Positions 10,781 to 21,534 of a stretch of DNA of 64,000 bases are shown here, one piece after another. Under the pieces are notes generated by a model that did no database searches, was not told the origin of the DNA, and saw only the letters and a list, made by a program, of their open reading frames with translations. A program made the position numbers and the translations under genes. Origin of the DNA: Acidilobaceae archaeon (GTDB taxonomy: Archaea > Thermoproteota > Thermoprotei_A > Sulfolobales > Acidilobaceae). Position 1 is the stretch's first letter. Each line of letters starts with the position of its first letter. The stretch lies in contig JAWAWX010000001.1 in NCBI GenBank assembly GCA_038897215.1, positions 416,001 through 480,000 of the forward strand, given 5' to 3'.

Positions 10781-12006
10781 CTCTTCTCCTCTCTCCTCCT
10801 AGCCTGCTTTTTCTCACGTCTAGGCGGGACTTTTGGCTTAACCTCTTCCTTCTTAGCTGGAGGCTTCGGGTAGAGCTTCTTGATCTCCTCGATTCTCTCT
10901 CTGAGCTCTTTCACGAGCTTCTCTCCGAGAAGCCTGCCTGTGAACGCGTCTATCCTAGCCGCTATAGCGAGCTTTGCTGCTAGAGCTCTCGCTATCTTCC
11001 CTCTCTGCCACTTGGGGCTTCTGTGTATATCGGGATACTGGAATATGACTCCATGCTTTGGAGGCTTGCCGCCTGTTCTGAGAGCTCTGAATAGGGCCTT
11101 CTCAGCGCCCAGAACCTGTATCGTGCTAGCCGGTAGCCTAGCTAGCTTCTCGAGACCCCCGGCTAAGCTCAAGAGTCTAGCTCCTAGGAGTGGTCCTACG
11201 AGCGCTGTCACGTTTGGAGCAGTCTCCTCCATGACCTCGCTTACGTATTTAGTCAGAGTTCTCCTGTGCTCGTAGAGGTCTAGAACTATCCCGGCTAGTA
11301 CTCTCACTGCTTCTACATCGAGCTCGCTCACATCAGCTCCAACGCTAGCCGATGCTGCTTCAGCTAGCTTTCTCGCCTTAGACTCGCTTAGACCGAGCTT
11401 AGTCAAGCTCTCTACCGTGAAGTTCTCTCTGTGCCCTAGCTCGTAGACGAGCTTGAGGAACATCTCGTGGTCTTCTACTTGCTCTGAGAGCTCGGGGAAG
11501 TGGACGGAGTACCATTCCCTGGTTCTAGTCGCTAGAAGATTGACTATCTTATCGATGTCGTCTATTGCTCTGATAGCTTGGACGGCTAGGAGGTCTCTCT
11601 TAGCTGCAGCCTTCCTCAGCTTCCTCCTGCTATACTCTACTGAAACCTCGTGAATCCATCTGTCTAACTCCTCTCTGCTCTTAGCGAAGCCTAGGCTTAC
11701 AGCGATCTCCGCTAGGCGGCTCCTAGCTCTCTTCTGGACCTCGGCATCGAGAGCTGTAGATGTAGCGAAGCCTAGGCTAGCAACGTTTCTAGCTAGAGTA
11801 TCGTCTTCGAGAACCACCTCGCCAGCTTTGCCTCTAAGCCTCTCTAGGAGAGAGGAGAGAGCGAAGTTCACTCCCCCCGTCTCTAGCTTGAGTAGCTCCT
11901 CTACAGCCTCATCTATTGCTCGCGGGTAGAACTCGTAGTCGGCTACTCCTCCGTTCTCGTCGAGAGCCAGGAAGCCTATGGGGAGAGCTACAATGTATAC
12001 CCGCAT
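10777..12006 (-). CDS. nop5: Box C/D RNP protein Nop5 (Nop56/58)
   Basis: REWYSVHFPEL, PASTIQVLGAEKALF, PKHGVIF. Confidence 0.97.
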   Translation of the reverse strand: MRVYIVALPIGFLALDENGGVADYEFYPRAIDEAVEELLKLETGGVNFALSSLLERLRGKAGEVVLEDDTLARNVASLGFATSTALDAEVQKRARSRLAEIAVSLGFAKSREELDRWIHEVSVEYSRRKLRKAAAKRDLLAVQAIRAIDDIDKIVNLLATRTREWYSVHFPELSEQVEDHEMFLKLVYELGHRENFTVESLTKLGLSESKARKLAEAASASVGADVSELDVEAVRVLAGIVLDLYEHRRTLTKYVSEVMEETAPNVTALVGPLLGARLLSLAGGLEKLARLPASTIQVLGAEKALFRALRTGGKPPKHGVIFQYPDIHRSPKWQRGKIARALAAKLAIAARIDAFTGRLLGEKLVKELRERIEEIKKLYPKPPAKKEEVKPKVPPRREKKQARRREEKR

Positions 12007-12107
12007 CTAGCCGTTCACCTCACCTAGCGAGATTCGCTCTATTAGAGAGTTAATAACGCTACCCTACGCTCGACGAGCCGAGCCCTGCTACCTAGGAGAG
12101 CCTCTAG

Positions 12108-12272
12108 CTACAGAGCCGCGGCTCTAGGAGACTCCGCGGGCTTCTCGAGTAGCTTCAGGTACTTGTCTCTATTCCTCATCCTAGGCGACGGTCTCTCCTT
12201 AGGCTTAGGCTCGATCTTAGGCGTCGCTTTCCTCACCTTACCCGCCTTAGTCATAGACCCGTGTGTAGGCAT
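12108..12272 (-). CDS. rps30e: 30S ribosomal protein eS30
   Basis: Below ORF-track cutoff. Manual translation [38 protein letters not shown] (54 aa). Confidence 0.95.
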   Translation of the reverse strand: MPTHGSMTKAGKVRKATPKIEPKPKERPSPRMRNRDKYLKLLEKPAESPRAAAL

Positions 12273-12364
12273 CTCTCGACAGCCCTAGGAGAACCTCTCG
12301 GGCACCGAGGCTTAAAAGATTGCGGAACACCAAAGACCCTCGAAGAGAGCGGGGGAGAGCTGGC

Positions 12365-13687
12365 TTGCGGAGCTCCGAGCTACTACTCGGAGTAGAGGAG
12401 GGCGACTTGGTGGAAGTCGAGACTAGCGATGGGCTGAAGCTAGAGGGGGTTGTTATGCCTAGGTTCTCTAAGAGAGAAGACATCCTGGTCTTGAAGCTGA
12501 GAAACGGTTACAACATAGGCTTGTCCGTTAAGCGCATCAAGAGCTTGAGGAAGCTGAGTAGAGTCGAGAGAGGGCAGCCGGGCTCTCCCGTGCCTCTCGT
12601 AGAGAAGCTAGAGGAGGGAGATAGGCGGGTCTTCATCCTAGGCTGCGGGGGGACTATAGCGAGCAGGATAGACTACGATACGGGAGCAGTCAAAGCCTAC
12701 TTGTCCCCCGAGGAGCTCAGGCTGAGCGTTCCAGAGATGTTCTCCTACGCCTCCATAGACGCTGAGAACCTCTTCTCGATCCTGAGCGAGGACATGAAGC
12801 CCAGCATGTGGAGCGCTATAGTCGAAAACGTGGCTAAAGCCATCTCGAGAGGATACGATGGAGTAGTCGTGACTCACGGAACAGACACCATGTCGTACAC
12901 AGCTGCAGCTCTAGCCTTCGCGTTCCACAAGGGGCTCCCCGTGCCGGTCGCTCTCACAGGGGCTCAGAGGAGTAGCGATAGACCGAGTAGCGACGCGGCC
13001 TTCAATCTCACAGCAGCAGTGCTCGTAGCCTCGAGAGCTCCCTTCGCTGAAGTCGTGGTAGTAATGCATGGAGAAACGGGAGACACCTACGCGCTAGCCC
13101 ATAGGGGAGTAAGGGTTAGGAAGATGCACACGAGTAGGAGAGACGCGTTCCAGTCGATCAACTCCCCCCCGCTGGCTAGAGTGTGGCCTCTCGAGGGCAG
13201 AATCGAGGTCCTAGACTCGAGGTTCAGGAAGAGGGGGGAGGAGAGTCTGGTCTACGAGAACGGCTTCGACGAGAGAGTGGTGCTGATCAAACACTTCCCC
13301 GGCATTATCGCTGAGGTAATAGACGCTCTAGTCGATAAGGGAGTGCACGGGATAGTCGTAGAGGGCACAGGCTTCGGTCACGTATCCACGGACGCCATAG
13401 AATCCATTAGGAGAGCTGTAGAGAGCGGAGTGCCCGTCGTGGTAGCTAGCCAGACTATCTTCGGCCGAGTCAACCTAAACGTTTACAGCACGGGGAGGAA
13501 GATGCTGGAAGCCGGAGTCATACCAGTCGAGGACATGCTGGCTGAGGTAGCCTACGTTAAGCTAAGCTGGGTTCTAGCCAGGACTAGAGACATGAGCGAG
13601 ATCAGGAGGCTCATGCTCACAAACCTGGCAGGCGAGATCAGCCAGAGGCACTACTTAGACCTCTTCCCGAGGTGGAAGCATGAGTGA
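12365..13687 (+). CDS. gatD: Glu-tRNA(Gln) amidotransferase subunit D
   Basis: KLRNGYNIG, GGTIASRIDY, HGTDT, GAQRSSDRPSSD; likely TTG start at 12365. Confidence 0.96.
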   Translation: MRSSELLLGVEEGDLVEVETSDGLKLEGVVMPRFSKREDILVLKLRNGYNIGLSVKRIKSLRKLSRVERGQPGSPVPLVEKLEEGDRRVFILGCGGTIASRIDYDTGAVKAYLSPEELRLSVPEMFSYASIDAENLFSILSEDMKPSMWSAIVENVAKAISRGYDGVVVTHGTDTMSYTAAALAFAFHKGLPVPVALTGAQRSSDRPSSDAAFNLTAAVLVASRAPFAEVVVVMHGETGDTYALAHRGVRVRKMHTSRRDAFQSINSPPLARVWPLEGRIEVLDSRFRKRGEESLVYENGFDERVVLIKHFPGIIAEVIDALVDKGVHGIVVEGTGFGHVSTDAIESIRRAVESGVPVVVASQTIFGRVNLNVYSTGRKMLEAGVIPVEDMLAEVAYVKLSWVLARTRDMSEIRRLMLTNLAGEISQRHYLDLFPRWKHE

Positions 13688-15593
13688 GATAGACTACAGG
13701 AAGCTGGGCTTGAAGGTGGGGCTCGAGATCCACCAGCAACTAGACGTGGGCGCAAAGCTCTTCTGCAGCTGCCCGAGCACGCTCTCCGATAGCGTGGCTC
13801 AAAGAGTCCCCAGAAGGCTTAGGCCGACGAGGAGCGAGGTGGGAGACGTAGACCCAGCTGCTCTCTTCGAGTGGAGAAGAGGGAGAGTCTACGAGTACGA
13901 GACGGGGGGAGAGTACTCGTGCCTAGTGGAGGCCGACGAGGAGCCTCCCCACGAGCTGAATAGAGAGGCTCTGAAGACCGTGGTATCGGTCGCTCTAGCG
14001 CTTGGCTCGAGAGTAGTCGACGAGGTCTACGTGATGAGGAAGATTGTGATAGACGGGAGCAACACTAGCGGCTTCCAGAGGACAGCGCTGGTAGCTCTAG
14101 GCGGTCAGATAGAGGTGGGAGACAAGATAATCCCCATTGAGACTATATGCTTAGAGGAGGACGCTGCCAGGAAAGTGGACGAGAAGGGGAGAGTGGTCAC
14201 TTACAGACTAGACAGGCTGGGGATACCGCTCATAGAGATCGCTACTGCTCCAGTCATAGAGACCCCAGAGGAGGCAGCTGAAGTAGCTCTAGCTATAGGC
14301 AGGCTACTCAGGCTCACTAGGAGAGTGAAGAGAGGGATAGGCACGATAAGGCAGGACCTCAACGTGAGCATAGCTGGAGGAGCTAAGACGGAGATCAAGG
14401 GGGTGCAGAGGCTCGAGCTCATACCCAAAATCATTAAGAACGAGGTCCAGAGACAGCTCAGCCTCCTCAAGATAAAAGAAGAGCTGGAGAAGAGAGGTCT
14501 GGCTAAGAGCGACCTCTCAGTTGCTCCCGTGGACCTAACGAGCCTCCTCTCGCAGACCAAGAGCGGGGTGATCAGGAGAGCTCTGGAGAGAGGAGGAGTC
14601 GTGCTAGGAGTCAAGCTCCCCAAGATGAGAGGAGTGCTCGGCTGGGAGGTAATGCAGGGGAGGAGGTTTGGGAGCGAGGTAGCCGACTACGTCAGGTTCT
14701 GGTCGGGAGCCTCCGGGATAATACATAGAGACGAGCTCCCAGCCTACGGGATAACGCTGGAGGAGGCTGAGGCTATAGCTAGAGCTCTAGGCTGCGGAGA
14801 AGAGGATGGCTTCATAATAGTAGCCGACCAGAGAGAGGTAGCGCTCAAAGCGATCGAGGTGGCTATCGAGAGAGTCAAGGCTGCGCTCGACGGGGTCCCC
14901 GAGGAGACCAGGATGGCTCTAGACGACGGGACCACCAGGTATATGAGGCCGAGGCCGGGAGCTGCTAGAATGTACCCTGAGACAGACATACCCCCCGTGC
15001 CTGTAACTAGAGAGCTCCTTGAGGAAGCCGAGAAGATCAAGCCAGAGCCTCTCAAGGCCAAGTTGCAGAGACTCGTAGAGAAGCACGGGCTCTCGAGAGA
15101 GCTCGCTCTAGAAGTGCTGAGAGACCTGAGGCTAGACCTAATCGAGGAGATGATAGAGAGATACGGGGAGAAAGTGCCCCCCAAGACGATAGCGTCTCTA
15201 TTCGTGGTCGTCTTGAGAGGATTGAAGAGCAAGGGCTTGGATGTCGAGACTGTGAGCGACGAGGTGCTAAGAGAAGTGGTTGAGATGCTAGCCGAGGGGT
15301 CTATAGCTAAGGAGGCGGTAGAGAGGATCCTAGAGGAGGCAGCGAGAAGCCCCGGGGTCTCAGCTAGAGAGATAGCGAGAAAGCTCGGACTGACGGCTCT
15401 CACTGTCGAGGAGGCTGAAGCCATAGTGGACTCTATAGTGAGAGAGTATAGAGAAGAAGTGGCTAAGAGAGGGCAGAGAGCAGTAGGCTTCATCATGGGT
15501 AAAGCGATGGAGAAGCTGAGAGGGAGGATTGACGGCAAGGTGGTAGCGGAGATAGTGAACAGGAAGGTTGAGGAAGCGCTGAGAGGAGGCTAG
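13680..15593 (+). CDS. gatE: Glu-tRNA(Gln) amidotransferase subunit E
   Basis: GLEIHQQL, DGSNTSGFQRT, RPRPGAARMYPETD. Confidence 0.97.
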   Translation: MSEIDYRKLGLKVGLEIHQQLDVGAKLFCSCPSTLSDSVAQRVPRRLRPTRSEVGDVDPAALFEWRRGRVYEYETGGEYSCLVEADEEPPHELNREALKTVVSVALALGSRVVDEVYVMRKIVIDGSNTSGFQRTALVALGGQIEVGDKIIPIETICLEEDAARKVDEKGRVVTYRLDRLGIPLIEIATAPVIETPEEAAEVALAIGRLLRLTRRVKRGIGTIRQDLNVSIAGGAKTEIKGVQRLELIPKIIKNEVQRQLSLLKIKEELEKRGLAKSDLSVAPVDLTSLLSQTKSGVIRRALERGGVVLGVKLPKMRGVLGWEVMQGRRFGSEVADYVRFWSGASGIIHRDELPAYGITLEEAEAIARALGCGEEDGFIIVADQREVALKAIEVAIERVKAALDGVPEETRMALDDGTTRYMRPRPGAARMYPETDIPPVPVTRELLEEAEKIKPEPLKAKLQRLVEKHGLSRELALEVLRDLRLDLIEEMIERYGEKVPPKTIASLFVVVLRGLKSKGLDVETVSDEVLREVVEMLAEGSIAKEAVERILEEAARSPGVSAREIARKLGLTALTVEEAEAIVDSIVREYREEVAKRGQRAVGFIMGKAMEKLRGRIDGKVVAEIVNRKVEEALRGG

Positions 15594-15640
15594 ACTGGCT
15601 GAGACCAGCTTAATAGCCTCTGTGAGAGAACCGTAGAGTG

Positions 15641-15690
15641 GTGATGACTACTCCCGACTGCGAAGAGATGAGCGGAAGGCATTTAGCTGA
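15641..15690 (+). ncRNA. Box C/D methylation guide sRNA (first of tandem pair)
   Basis: C GTGATGA, D' GCGA, C' AGATGA, D CTGA over 50 nt; TTAATA about 25 nt upstream. D guide AAGGCATTT is complementary to the conserved 23S AAAUGCCUU as recalled. Confidence 0.75.
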
Positions 15691-15706
15691 AGAGCTAGAT
15701 AGAGCT

Positions 15707-15765
15707 GAGGGGATGAGGAAGCCGTCCCAATATGAGTGGTGACTGAATCACGACGGGCTGACCTC
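15707..15765 (+). ncRNA. Box C/D methylation guide sRNA (second of tandem pair)
   Basis: Terminal stem GAGG/CCTC; C GGATGA, D' ATGA, C' TGGTGA, D CTGA; 14-15-nt guides. Confidence 0.7.
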
Positions 15766-15767
15766 TC

Positions 15768-16328
15768 CTAGCTCTTGCTCAAGACGAGCGAGCCAACCTT
15801 GTAGAAGGCTCTACCAGAGCCGTGTAGGATAAGGTCGGCTTGTGGTAGCCTCCAACCCCATCTGCTCCACAGCTCTGAGCGCACGTGAGCCGCTATCACC
15901 TCGAGTAGGTAGAGCCGCGATTCGCCCGCGTCTACGCTGTCTCTGACTCTGACCTCCATGTAGCCTAGAGCATCAGCCCAGTGGGGAGCCGAGACGCTAG
16001 GAGAGTCTTCTAGGCTGAGCTTGAGCTGAGACACTTTATCGGTCTCTCTGCCTGAGACTGAGCCGGCTTTGTAGACGATATCTGCGTGCTCTGCTCTAGG
16101 TATGTTTAGAGTGGCCTCGAGGCTGTACTCTAGGCACTCTATCGTGTAGTTCTGCTTGTAGACAGCTACAGCGACTAGAGGAGGCTCCTCGGAGACCGGG
16201 GTTATCCAGGAAGCCGGCATAGCGTTGACTCTACCCCCCGGGCATCGAGCCACTATTAGAGCTAGGGGTCTCGGATGGAGCATCAGGTAGAAGCGTGAAG
16301 TATCCTCTAGTCTCTCGAAGCGAGGCAC
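15768..16328 (-). CDS. Flavin reductase family protein
   Basis: LLHPRP-like start, NAMPASWITPVSEEPP, GSVSGRETDK. Confidence 0.85.
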   Translation of the reverse strand: MPRFERLEDTSRFYLMLHPRPLALIVARCPGGRVNAMPASWITPVSEEPPLVAVAVYKQNYTIECLEYSLEATLNIPRAEHADIVYKAGSVSGRETDKVSQLKLSLEDSPSVSAPHWADALGYMEVRVRDSVDAGESRLYLLEVIAAHVRSELWSRWGWRLPQADLILHGSGRAFYKVGSLVLSKS

Positions 16329-16349
16329 GAGGCTACACCAGTGCTATGC

Positions 16350-18362
16350 TTAGAGCTGAGGGCTCTTCTCTCCTCCTCTAGCTCTCTTCTCCGACTCTCT
16401 CGCAACCAGCCTCCTGTAGTCCTCTATTATCCTCTCTATGTCTGGCTTCTCTCTGCTCTTCTCTAGCTTGAGCTTCTCCTCAGCACACCTGCTGTAGACG
16501 GTCTTGGAGAGGAAGAGGAGACTCTTGTACTCGGCTACCTCAACATCCTCTCTCCTCACAACGGGGACTCCGTGCCTGGCTAGAGCTCTAGCTAGGGGGC
16601 TCTCGAGGTCTCTGTCTCTGAGCACGAAGCACTCCACGCCTGCTCTAACGGCTTCTCTTATAGCCTGCTCCTCGAACGTGCCCGGGTTCTTGACCGTCAC
16701 TATCTTGAACCCCTGGGCTTCTCTAAGCGAGCTGAGGGTTGCTGAGGGCAGGACTGCCGCTACCGCAACCTCTCCTCTCGCTACTCTCTCTGCTAGGTCT
16801 TCGAGTACGCGCTTCTCCGCGAGGAGGGCCTCGAGCTCTCCTCTCAGTCTCTCGGCTTCTCTCTCGAGCTCTCTGACTCGAGAGCGTAGAGCCTCTATCT
16901 CGCTGTCTCTGAGTAGCTCTATCTTCACTGCTTGTTGCTGAGCTCTAAGCGCGCTCTCTAGCTCTCTCACCCTCTCTTCTAGAGCTGAGACTTGGGCCTC
17001 GAGGACTCTGTTTCTCTCCTTCAGCTCCTCTATCTTGACTATGTAGTAGCTGACGTCTGCCTCCTGCTTCTTCTCTCTGACCCCTTCGGCTACTCTAGCT
17101 TCTCTGAGAGCTTCTTCTTCTAGAGCCTTCTCTATGATCTTCTCGAGAGCGTCTGCTACGCTAGCTCCCCTCAAGACCTCTCTCTTAGCCTCGCTTAGGT
17201 CCACGTCTAGAGAGAGTCGTGAAGCGATCTTCTCTACTTTCCTCAAGCGAGACGTCATTACTCTATGGGCTCTTATCGCTGCCGCTAGAGCGTCTCTCTC
17301 GTGGGTATTGGAGACTAGATGTGAGTAGCTCTCAGTCAGGTAGTGTTTCTCCGATACGCTCAAGTCGTGAGGTGGAGTGTAGAGGTGGGCTCCTAGCTGA
17401 GCAGCGAGCTTCTTCACTGCCTCAGCTGGCTCAGCCACGTCTGCTGCCACGACTACAGGCTTGCCGTAGCCTAGCACTAGGTCTATAACGCTACCTCTAT
17501 CCATGTGTCTCCCGCTACCGACGTAGAGGACTTCGCCGGAGACAGCGTCTAGCACAGCTAGCCCAAGGGTTACCCCGGGGTCTACTCCCACTATGAGGAG
17601 TCTCTCGCTGACCTCTCTAGACTTGGGTAACGCTATCTTGCTCTTGACCACTGGCTTGACTCTAATCGAGACCTCGGGCGAGCCTACTCTAGGTAGAGCC
17701 TCGCGGACAACTCTATGTGGAGCGTAGACAGTGAAGACTGCTGACTCGAGCCCTCCTCTGCTCTCTCTATAGCTGTAGTCGTAGTCGAGACCAGCTCTGT
17801 CTAGAGCTTCTCTCACAGCTCTAGCTACAGCCTGGACCTCTGCTCGGACCCTCCTCTGGTACCTCTGCTGGCTCCAGCCCCCCTTGCTTCCAGACCTCTT
17901 CCCCGAGACGTGGACTACTGTTCTCTCCTCCACGACCCTGACGTCTGTCCCGTAGCCTTTGCACGAGAGGAGAGCTAGCACGAAGGCTGTCTTGGATGGC
18001 GTGAGCTTAGAGTAGTCCTCGAGTAGCCCGGCTTCTCTAGCGACTTGCTTCAAGTTCTTCAGCCCATCTTGAGTCATAGTTACCTGAACTACTCTAGTCT
18101 CTGGAGGGAGTATCGCGAATACTTTCAAGAGCTTCTTCTCGCTATCAGCAAGCTCGAAGACGTTGTCTAGAGCTACGACTGATGGTTTGAGCTCCCAGAC
18201 TAGTCTAATCAATCGAGGTAGAGTGACGCTCTCGCTCTTGTAGACTACTCTGCTCGACTCGTCTACCACCATGACTGAGTAGAGCGCTCTCCCACTCGGA
18301 GACCCAGACTCTATGTCTACACCCATGCAGAGCAAGCTATCGCTAGATCTCGTGAATCTCAC
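16350..18362 (-). CDS. DUF460 domain coiled-coil protein
   Basis: GVDI, GGWSQQRYQR, IVGVDPG, HERDALAAA, long coiled coil. Confidence 0.88.
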   Translation of the reverse strand: MRFTRSSDSLLCMGVDIESGSPSGRALYSVMVVDESSRVVYKSESVTLPRLIRLVWELKPSVVALDNVFELADSEKKLLKVFAILPPETRVVQVTMTQDGLKNLKQVAREAGLLEDYSKLTPSKTAFVLALLSCKGYGTDVRVVEERTVVHVSGKRSGSKGGWSQQRYQRRVRAEVQAVARAVREALDRAGLDYDYSYRESRGGLESAVFTVYAPHRVVREALPRVGSPEVSIRVKPVVKSKIALPKSREVSERLLIVGVDPGVTLGLAVLDAVSGEVLYVGSGRHMDRGSVIDLVLGYGKPVVVAADVAEPAEAVKKLAAQLGAHLYTPPHDLSVSEKHYLTESYSHLVSNTHERDALAAAIRAHRVMTSRLRKVEKIASRLSLDVDLSEAKREVLRGASVADALEKIIEKALEEEALREARVAEGVREKKQEADVSYYIVKIEELKERNRVLEAQVSALEERVRELESALRAQQQAVKIELLRDSEIEALRSRVRELEREAERLRGELEALLAEKRVLEDLAERVARGEVAVAAVLPSATLSSLREAQGFKIVTVKNPGTFEEQAIREAVRAGVECFVLRDRDLESPLARALARHGVPVVRREDVEVAEYKSLLFLSKTVYSRCAEEKLKLEKSREKPDIERIIEDYRRLVARESEKRARGGEKSPQL

Positions 18363-19245
18363 CCTTCACGTATCTCAGAACTCTCTCTTGGTCGAGAGTA
18401 AGACCCCATCTGCTCCTAAAATATCTTACGATATAGCTCGCGTCTCTCCGGAGGAGGCTCTCAGCGCTAGGCTCGTCTCTGTAGACGTACTGAGGCCAGT
18501 CTATCACGTAGGCTTCCGAGGATTCCAGCACGGCTAGGACGTTGTACTCGCTCAAGTCTCCATGAACTATCCCTACTCTAGTGTAGGCTATTCTAATGGT
18601 CTCCACGACTGTTCTCGCTAGCTTCTCTGCATCGACCTCGACGAGGCCTGGCTTGAGCTTGTATAACTCGACTCCCGGGATGTACTCCTGGACTACAGCG
18701 TGTCTATTGTAGGCGATGCCGTCGGGGACTCTGGCTCCCTCCTTCTTCAAGACTACTAGAGCCTTGAACTCACGCTCAGCAGATAGCTTAGCTAGCTCGA
18801 CGAAGTCTCCGAGCACTTCGCTAGCATAGCTCCTGTAGACTCTAATCCTCCTGAAGCCTCTTACTCCACCTCTATGGAGCTTGAGCACGAGAGGCTCTCC
18901 GCTTGGCGCGTAGGCTAGATAGGCCGTCCCCTCCTTGCCTACCCCGATCCTCTCTCCTAGAGTTGCTACTACCCCCCGAGACCTCAGATTGTCTAGAGCC
19001 AGGATGTCGAGCCCCCTGAAGGTTAGAGCGTAGCTGAGCTCTGGCGTAGACGCTCTCTCGACGAGCTTGAGTGAGAGAAGCCTTGAGAGAGCTCGTGCAA
19101 GCCTGCCTGGAGGCATGCCGGTCTTCTTCTCCAACACTTCTAGAGGCACATGCCTACGTCTTCTCGATAGCTCCTCTATAGCTCTGAGTACTCTCAGCTC
19201 GCCTCCGTCTAGAGACTCGAGTATAGCCCAGAGCGAGCCGGGCAC
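18343..19245 (-). CDS. rio2: RIO2-type serine/threonine kinase
   Basis: N-terminal wHTH, IGVGKEG, IVHGDLSEYN, IDWPQ. Confidence 0.9.
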   Translation of the reverse strand: MPGSLWAILESLDGGELRVLRAIEELSRRRRHVPLEVLEKKTGMPPGRLARALSRLLSLKLVERASTPELSYALTFRGLDILALDNLRSRGVVATLGERIGVGKEGTAYLAYAPSGEPLVLKLHRGGVRGFRRIRVYRSYASEVLGDFVELAKLSAEREFKALVVLKKEGARVPDGIAYNRHAVVQEYIPGVELYKLKPGLVEVDAEKLARTVVETIRIAYTRVGIVHGDLSEYNVLAVLESSEAYVIDWPQYVYRDEPSAESLLRRDASYIVRYFRSRWGLTLDQERVLRYVKGEIHEI

Positions 19246-19386
19246 CCGTGTCTACAGAGAGTCTAGCAACCCGTATAGAGTAAACCGTAGAGCGCTACCC
19301 TCGAGAGTCTAGAGCGCGGGTTTAGAGCCGGTTTGAAGTATAAATTTTTAAGCTAAACTCCTCTTACTAGAAGCGGGAGAGCTACA

Positions 19387-19755
19387 GTGGAGCATACAGA
19401 GAGCATTATCCCGGAGAAGGAGGGGATCGTGGAGGTCGAGGATGAGGAGGGAGTGACGCTCTACGTTAGAGGCAGCAGGTACATAGCTAGAGTAGCATCG
19501 ACTCTAGGCAGCGAGACTAGAGCTAGGATAATAGAGCTCCTCTTCGAAGGACCCAGAGACCTAGACGATATAGCGGCTGAGCTGAGACAAAGCAAAGCCA
19601 ATATAAGCAATCAGGTGAAGAGACTCGAGGACCTTGGTCTCGTCTCGAGCTCGTACCACGCGGGCGAGAGAGGAGTCAGGAAGGTGGTGAAGCCTAGAGT
19701 CAGGAGAGTAGTTATAGAGCTCGCTCCGCCATCGCGTCAATACTCGCCACAGTAG
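19387..19755 (+). CDS. ArsR-family transcriptional regulator
   Basis: LGSETRARIIELL...SKANISNQVKRLEDLGLV. Confidence 0.85.
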   Translation: MEHTESIIPEKEGIVEVEDEEGVTLYVRGSRYIARVASTLGSETRARIIELLFEGPRDLDDIAAELRQSKANISNQVKRLEDLGLVSSSYHAGERGVRKVVKPRVRRVVIELAPPSRQYSPQ

Positions 19756-19816
19756 AGAGAGCCGGGGCTAGGGGAAGAAGAGATAGCGTGAGAGAGCAAG
19801 CCTCTAGCCGCTCAGG

Positions 19817-21430
19817 CTAGAGCTTTCTAGCTGCTACTGCTAGGAATAGCGTGAAGAGAGGAGAAGGCTTTAGAGGTCTACTCTTGAACTCAGGGTGTGC
19901 TTGTATCCCTAGGTAGAATGGGTGCGTTTTCTCCGGGAGCTCTACTATCTCGGCTAGCTTGTTTCTCGAGACACCGCTTATGGAGAGACCAGCGTTCTCC
20001 AAGGCGTCGACATACTTGGGGTTGACCTCGTACCTATGCCTATGCCTCTCATAGACTACCTCTGCTCTATAGGCTCTCCAGGCTAGAGTGCCGGGCTTGA
20101 TCTCGATAGGCTGAGAGCCGAGCCTCATAGTGCCTCCTAGCATCGTCACCCCAACCTGCTCTGGTAGCAGGTCTACTACGGGGTGGGGCGTCGTCGGGTC
20201 TATCTCCGTGGTGTTTGCTCCAGCTAGCCCTACAGCGTTTCTAGCGTACTCTACTACCATTAGCTGCATCCCGAAGCATATGCCTAGAGTAGGGGTCTTC
20301 TCTTCTCTCAGGAAGCGTAGAGCTCTAATCTTGCCCTCTGCTCCCCTGACCCCAAAGCCTGGCAGGACTACTGCCCCATCTACCTCTCCTAGCTCCTCCT
20401 CCACGTCTACCTCCCCTAGCTCTATGTCCGTAGACTCTATCCACTCGAAGACAGGCTTGAGCCCCAGGTGGGCTGCCGAGTGCTTTACGGCCTCGACTAT
20501 GCTTATGTAAGCGTCTCTAAGCTTAGTGTACTTGCCTATCATCGCTATCCGCACGGGCTCGCTGGCTGAGACGAGCTTCTCCACGAAGCTCCTCCACTCG
20601 TCGAGCTTGGGCTTCGAGGGGGGTAGTCCCAGCCTCCGGGAGACTAGCTCGCCTACTCCCTGCTCTTCTAGTATGAGGGGTACTCTGTATGTGGTGTCTA
20701 CGTCGTAGCTGTTGAATACGTGGCTTTCGGGGAGTGTAGCGTGGAGAGCTATCTTCCTACGAGCTTCAGCGTCTATAGGCTTCTGGGACCTGACTATGAT
20801 TATATCGGGCTGGATCCCGATCCTCCTAAGCTCTTGAACGCTGTGCTGGACCGTCTTCGTCTTGATCTCCCCAGTCGTCGAGAGGAGCGGGGCTAGAGCT
20901 ACGTGGATGAAGAGAGTGTTCTCGAATCCCTCCTCTAGCCTCATCTGCCTAGCTGCTTCGAGGAAGGGCAGTCCCTCAATGTCCCCGACTGTGCCCCCGA
21001 TCTCGACTACCGCTATCTCTGCTCCCGATTCTCTAACGACCTCCTTTATCCTAGCCTTGATCTCATCAGTCACGTGGGGGATTATCTGGACTGTCTGCCC
21101 TAGGTAGGCGCCCTCTCTCTCCTTCGATATGACGCTCAGGTAGATCTGCCCCGTCGTAATGTTGTGCTTCTTAGTCAGGTTAGCGTGCAGGAATCTCTCG
21201 TAGTGCCCCAAGTCTAGGTCCGTCTCTCCCCCGTCTTCTGTCACGAAGACTTCTCCGTGAGCATAGGGGCTCATGGTTCCAGCGTCTACGTTTATGTAGG
21301 GGTCTATCTTGACGGCTGTTACGCTGAAGCCTCGCGAAGCCATCAGCATAGCCACGCTAGCCGCTACCGTCCCCTTGCCTACACTCGAGAGCACGCCGCC
21401 CGTGATGAAAATGTACTTAACGGCAGCCAC
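19817..21430 (-). CDS. pyrG: CTP synthase
   Basis: [44 protein letters not shown]. Confidence 0.98.
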   Translation of the reverse strand: MAAVKYIFITGGVLSSVGKGTVAASVAMLMASRGFSVTAVKIDPYINVDAGTMSPYAHGEVFVTEDGGETDLDLGHYERFLHANLTKKHNITTGQIYLSVISKEREGAYLGQTVQIIPHVTDEIKARIKEVVRESGAEIAVVEIGGTVGDIEGLPFLEAARQMRLEEGFENTLFIHVALAPLLSTTGEIKTKTVQHSVQELRRIGIQPDIIIVRSQKPIDAEARRKIALHATLPESHVFNSYDVDTTYRVPLILEEQGVGELVSRRLGLPPSKPKLDEWRSFVEKLVSASEPVRIAMIGKYTKLRDAYISIVEAVKHSAAHLGLKPVFEWIESTDIELGEVDVEEELGEVDGAVVLPGFGVRGAEGKIRALRFLREEKTPTLGICFGMQLMVVEYARNAVGLAGANTTEIDPTTPHPVVDLLPEQVGVTMLGGTMRLGSQPIEIKPGTLAWRAYRAEVVYERHRHRYEVNPKYVDALENAGLSISGVSRNKLAEIVELPEKTHPFYLGIQAHPEFKSRPLKPSPLFTLFLAVAARKL

Positions 21431-21534
21431 AGAGCCCGCTCTAAGAGATCCCGGGGAGAGCCTATTAGGGGCTCTCTCGCTAGAAGAGCCTCCTGCTTAA
21501 GAGCCTCGGGTCTAGACTGGTATGAATGGCTCTG

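Noticed and set aside
14744-15538. Long antisense ORFs in the track (e.g. 14744-15538, 40198-40941, 31036-31548, 60310-60798)
   Set aside because: Ser/Leu-rich shadows of well-supported genes on the opposite strand, with no motifs.
18330-18365. ACG 5 nt after GGTGA as a fourth non-canonical start (DUF460)
   Set aside because: In-frame GTG, TTG and ATG alternatives exist nearby, so nothing forces this reading.
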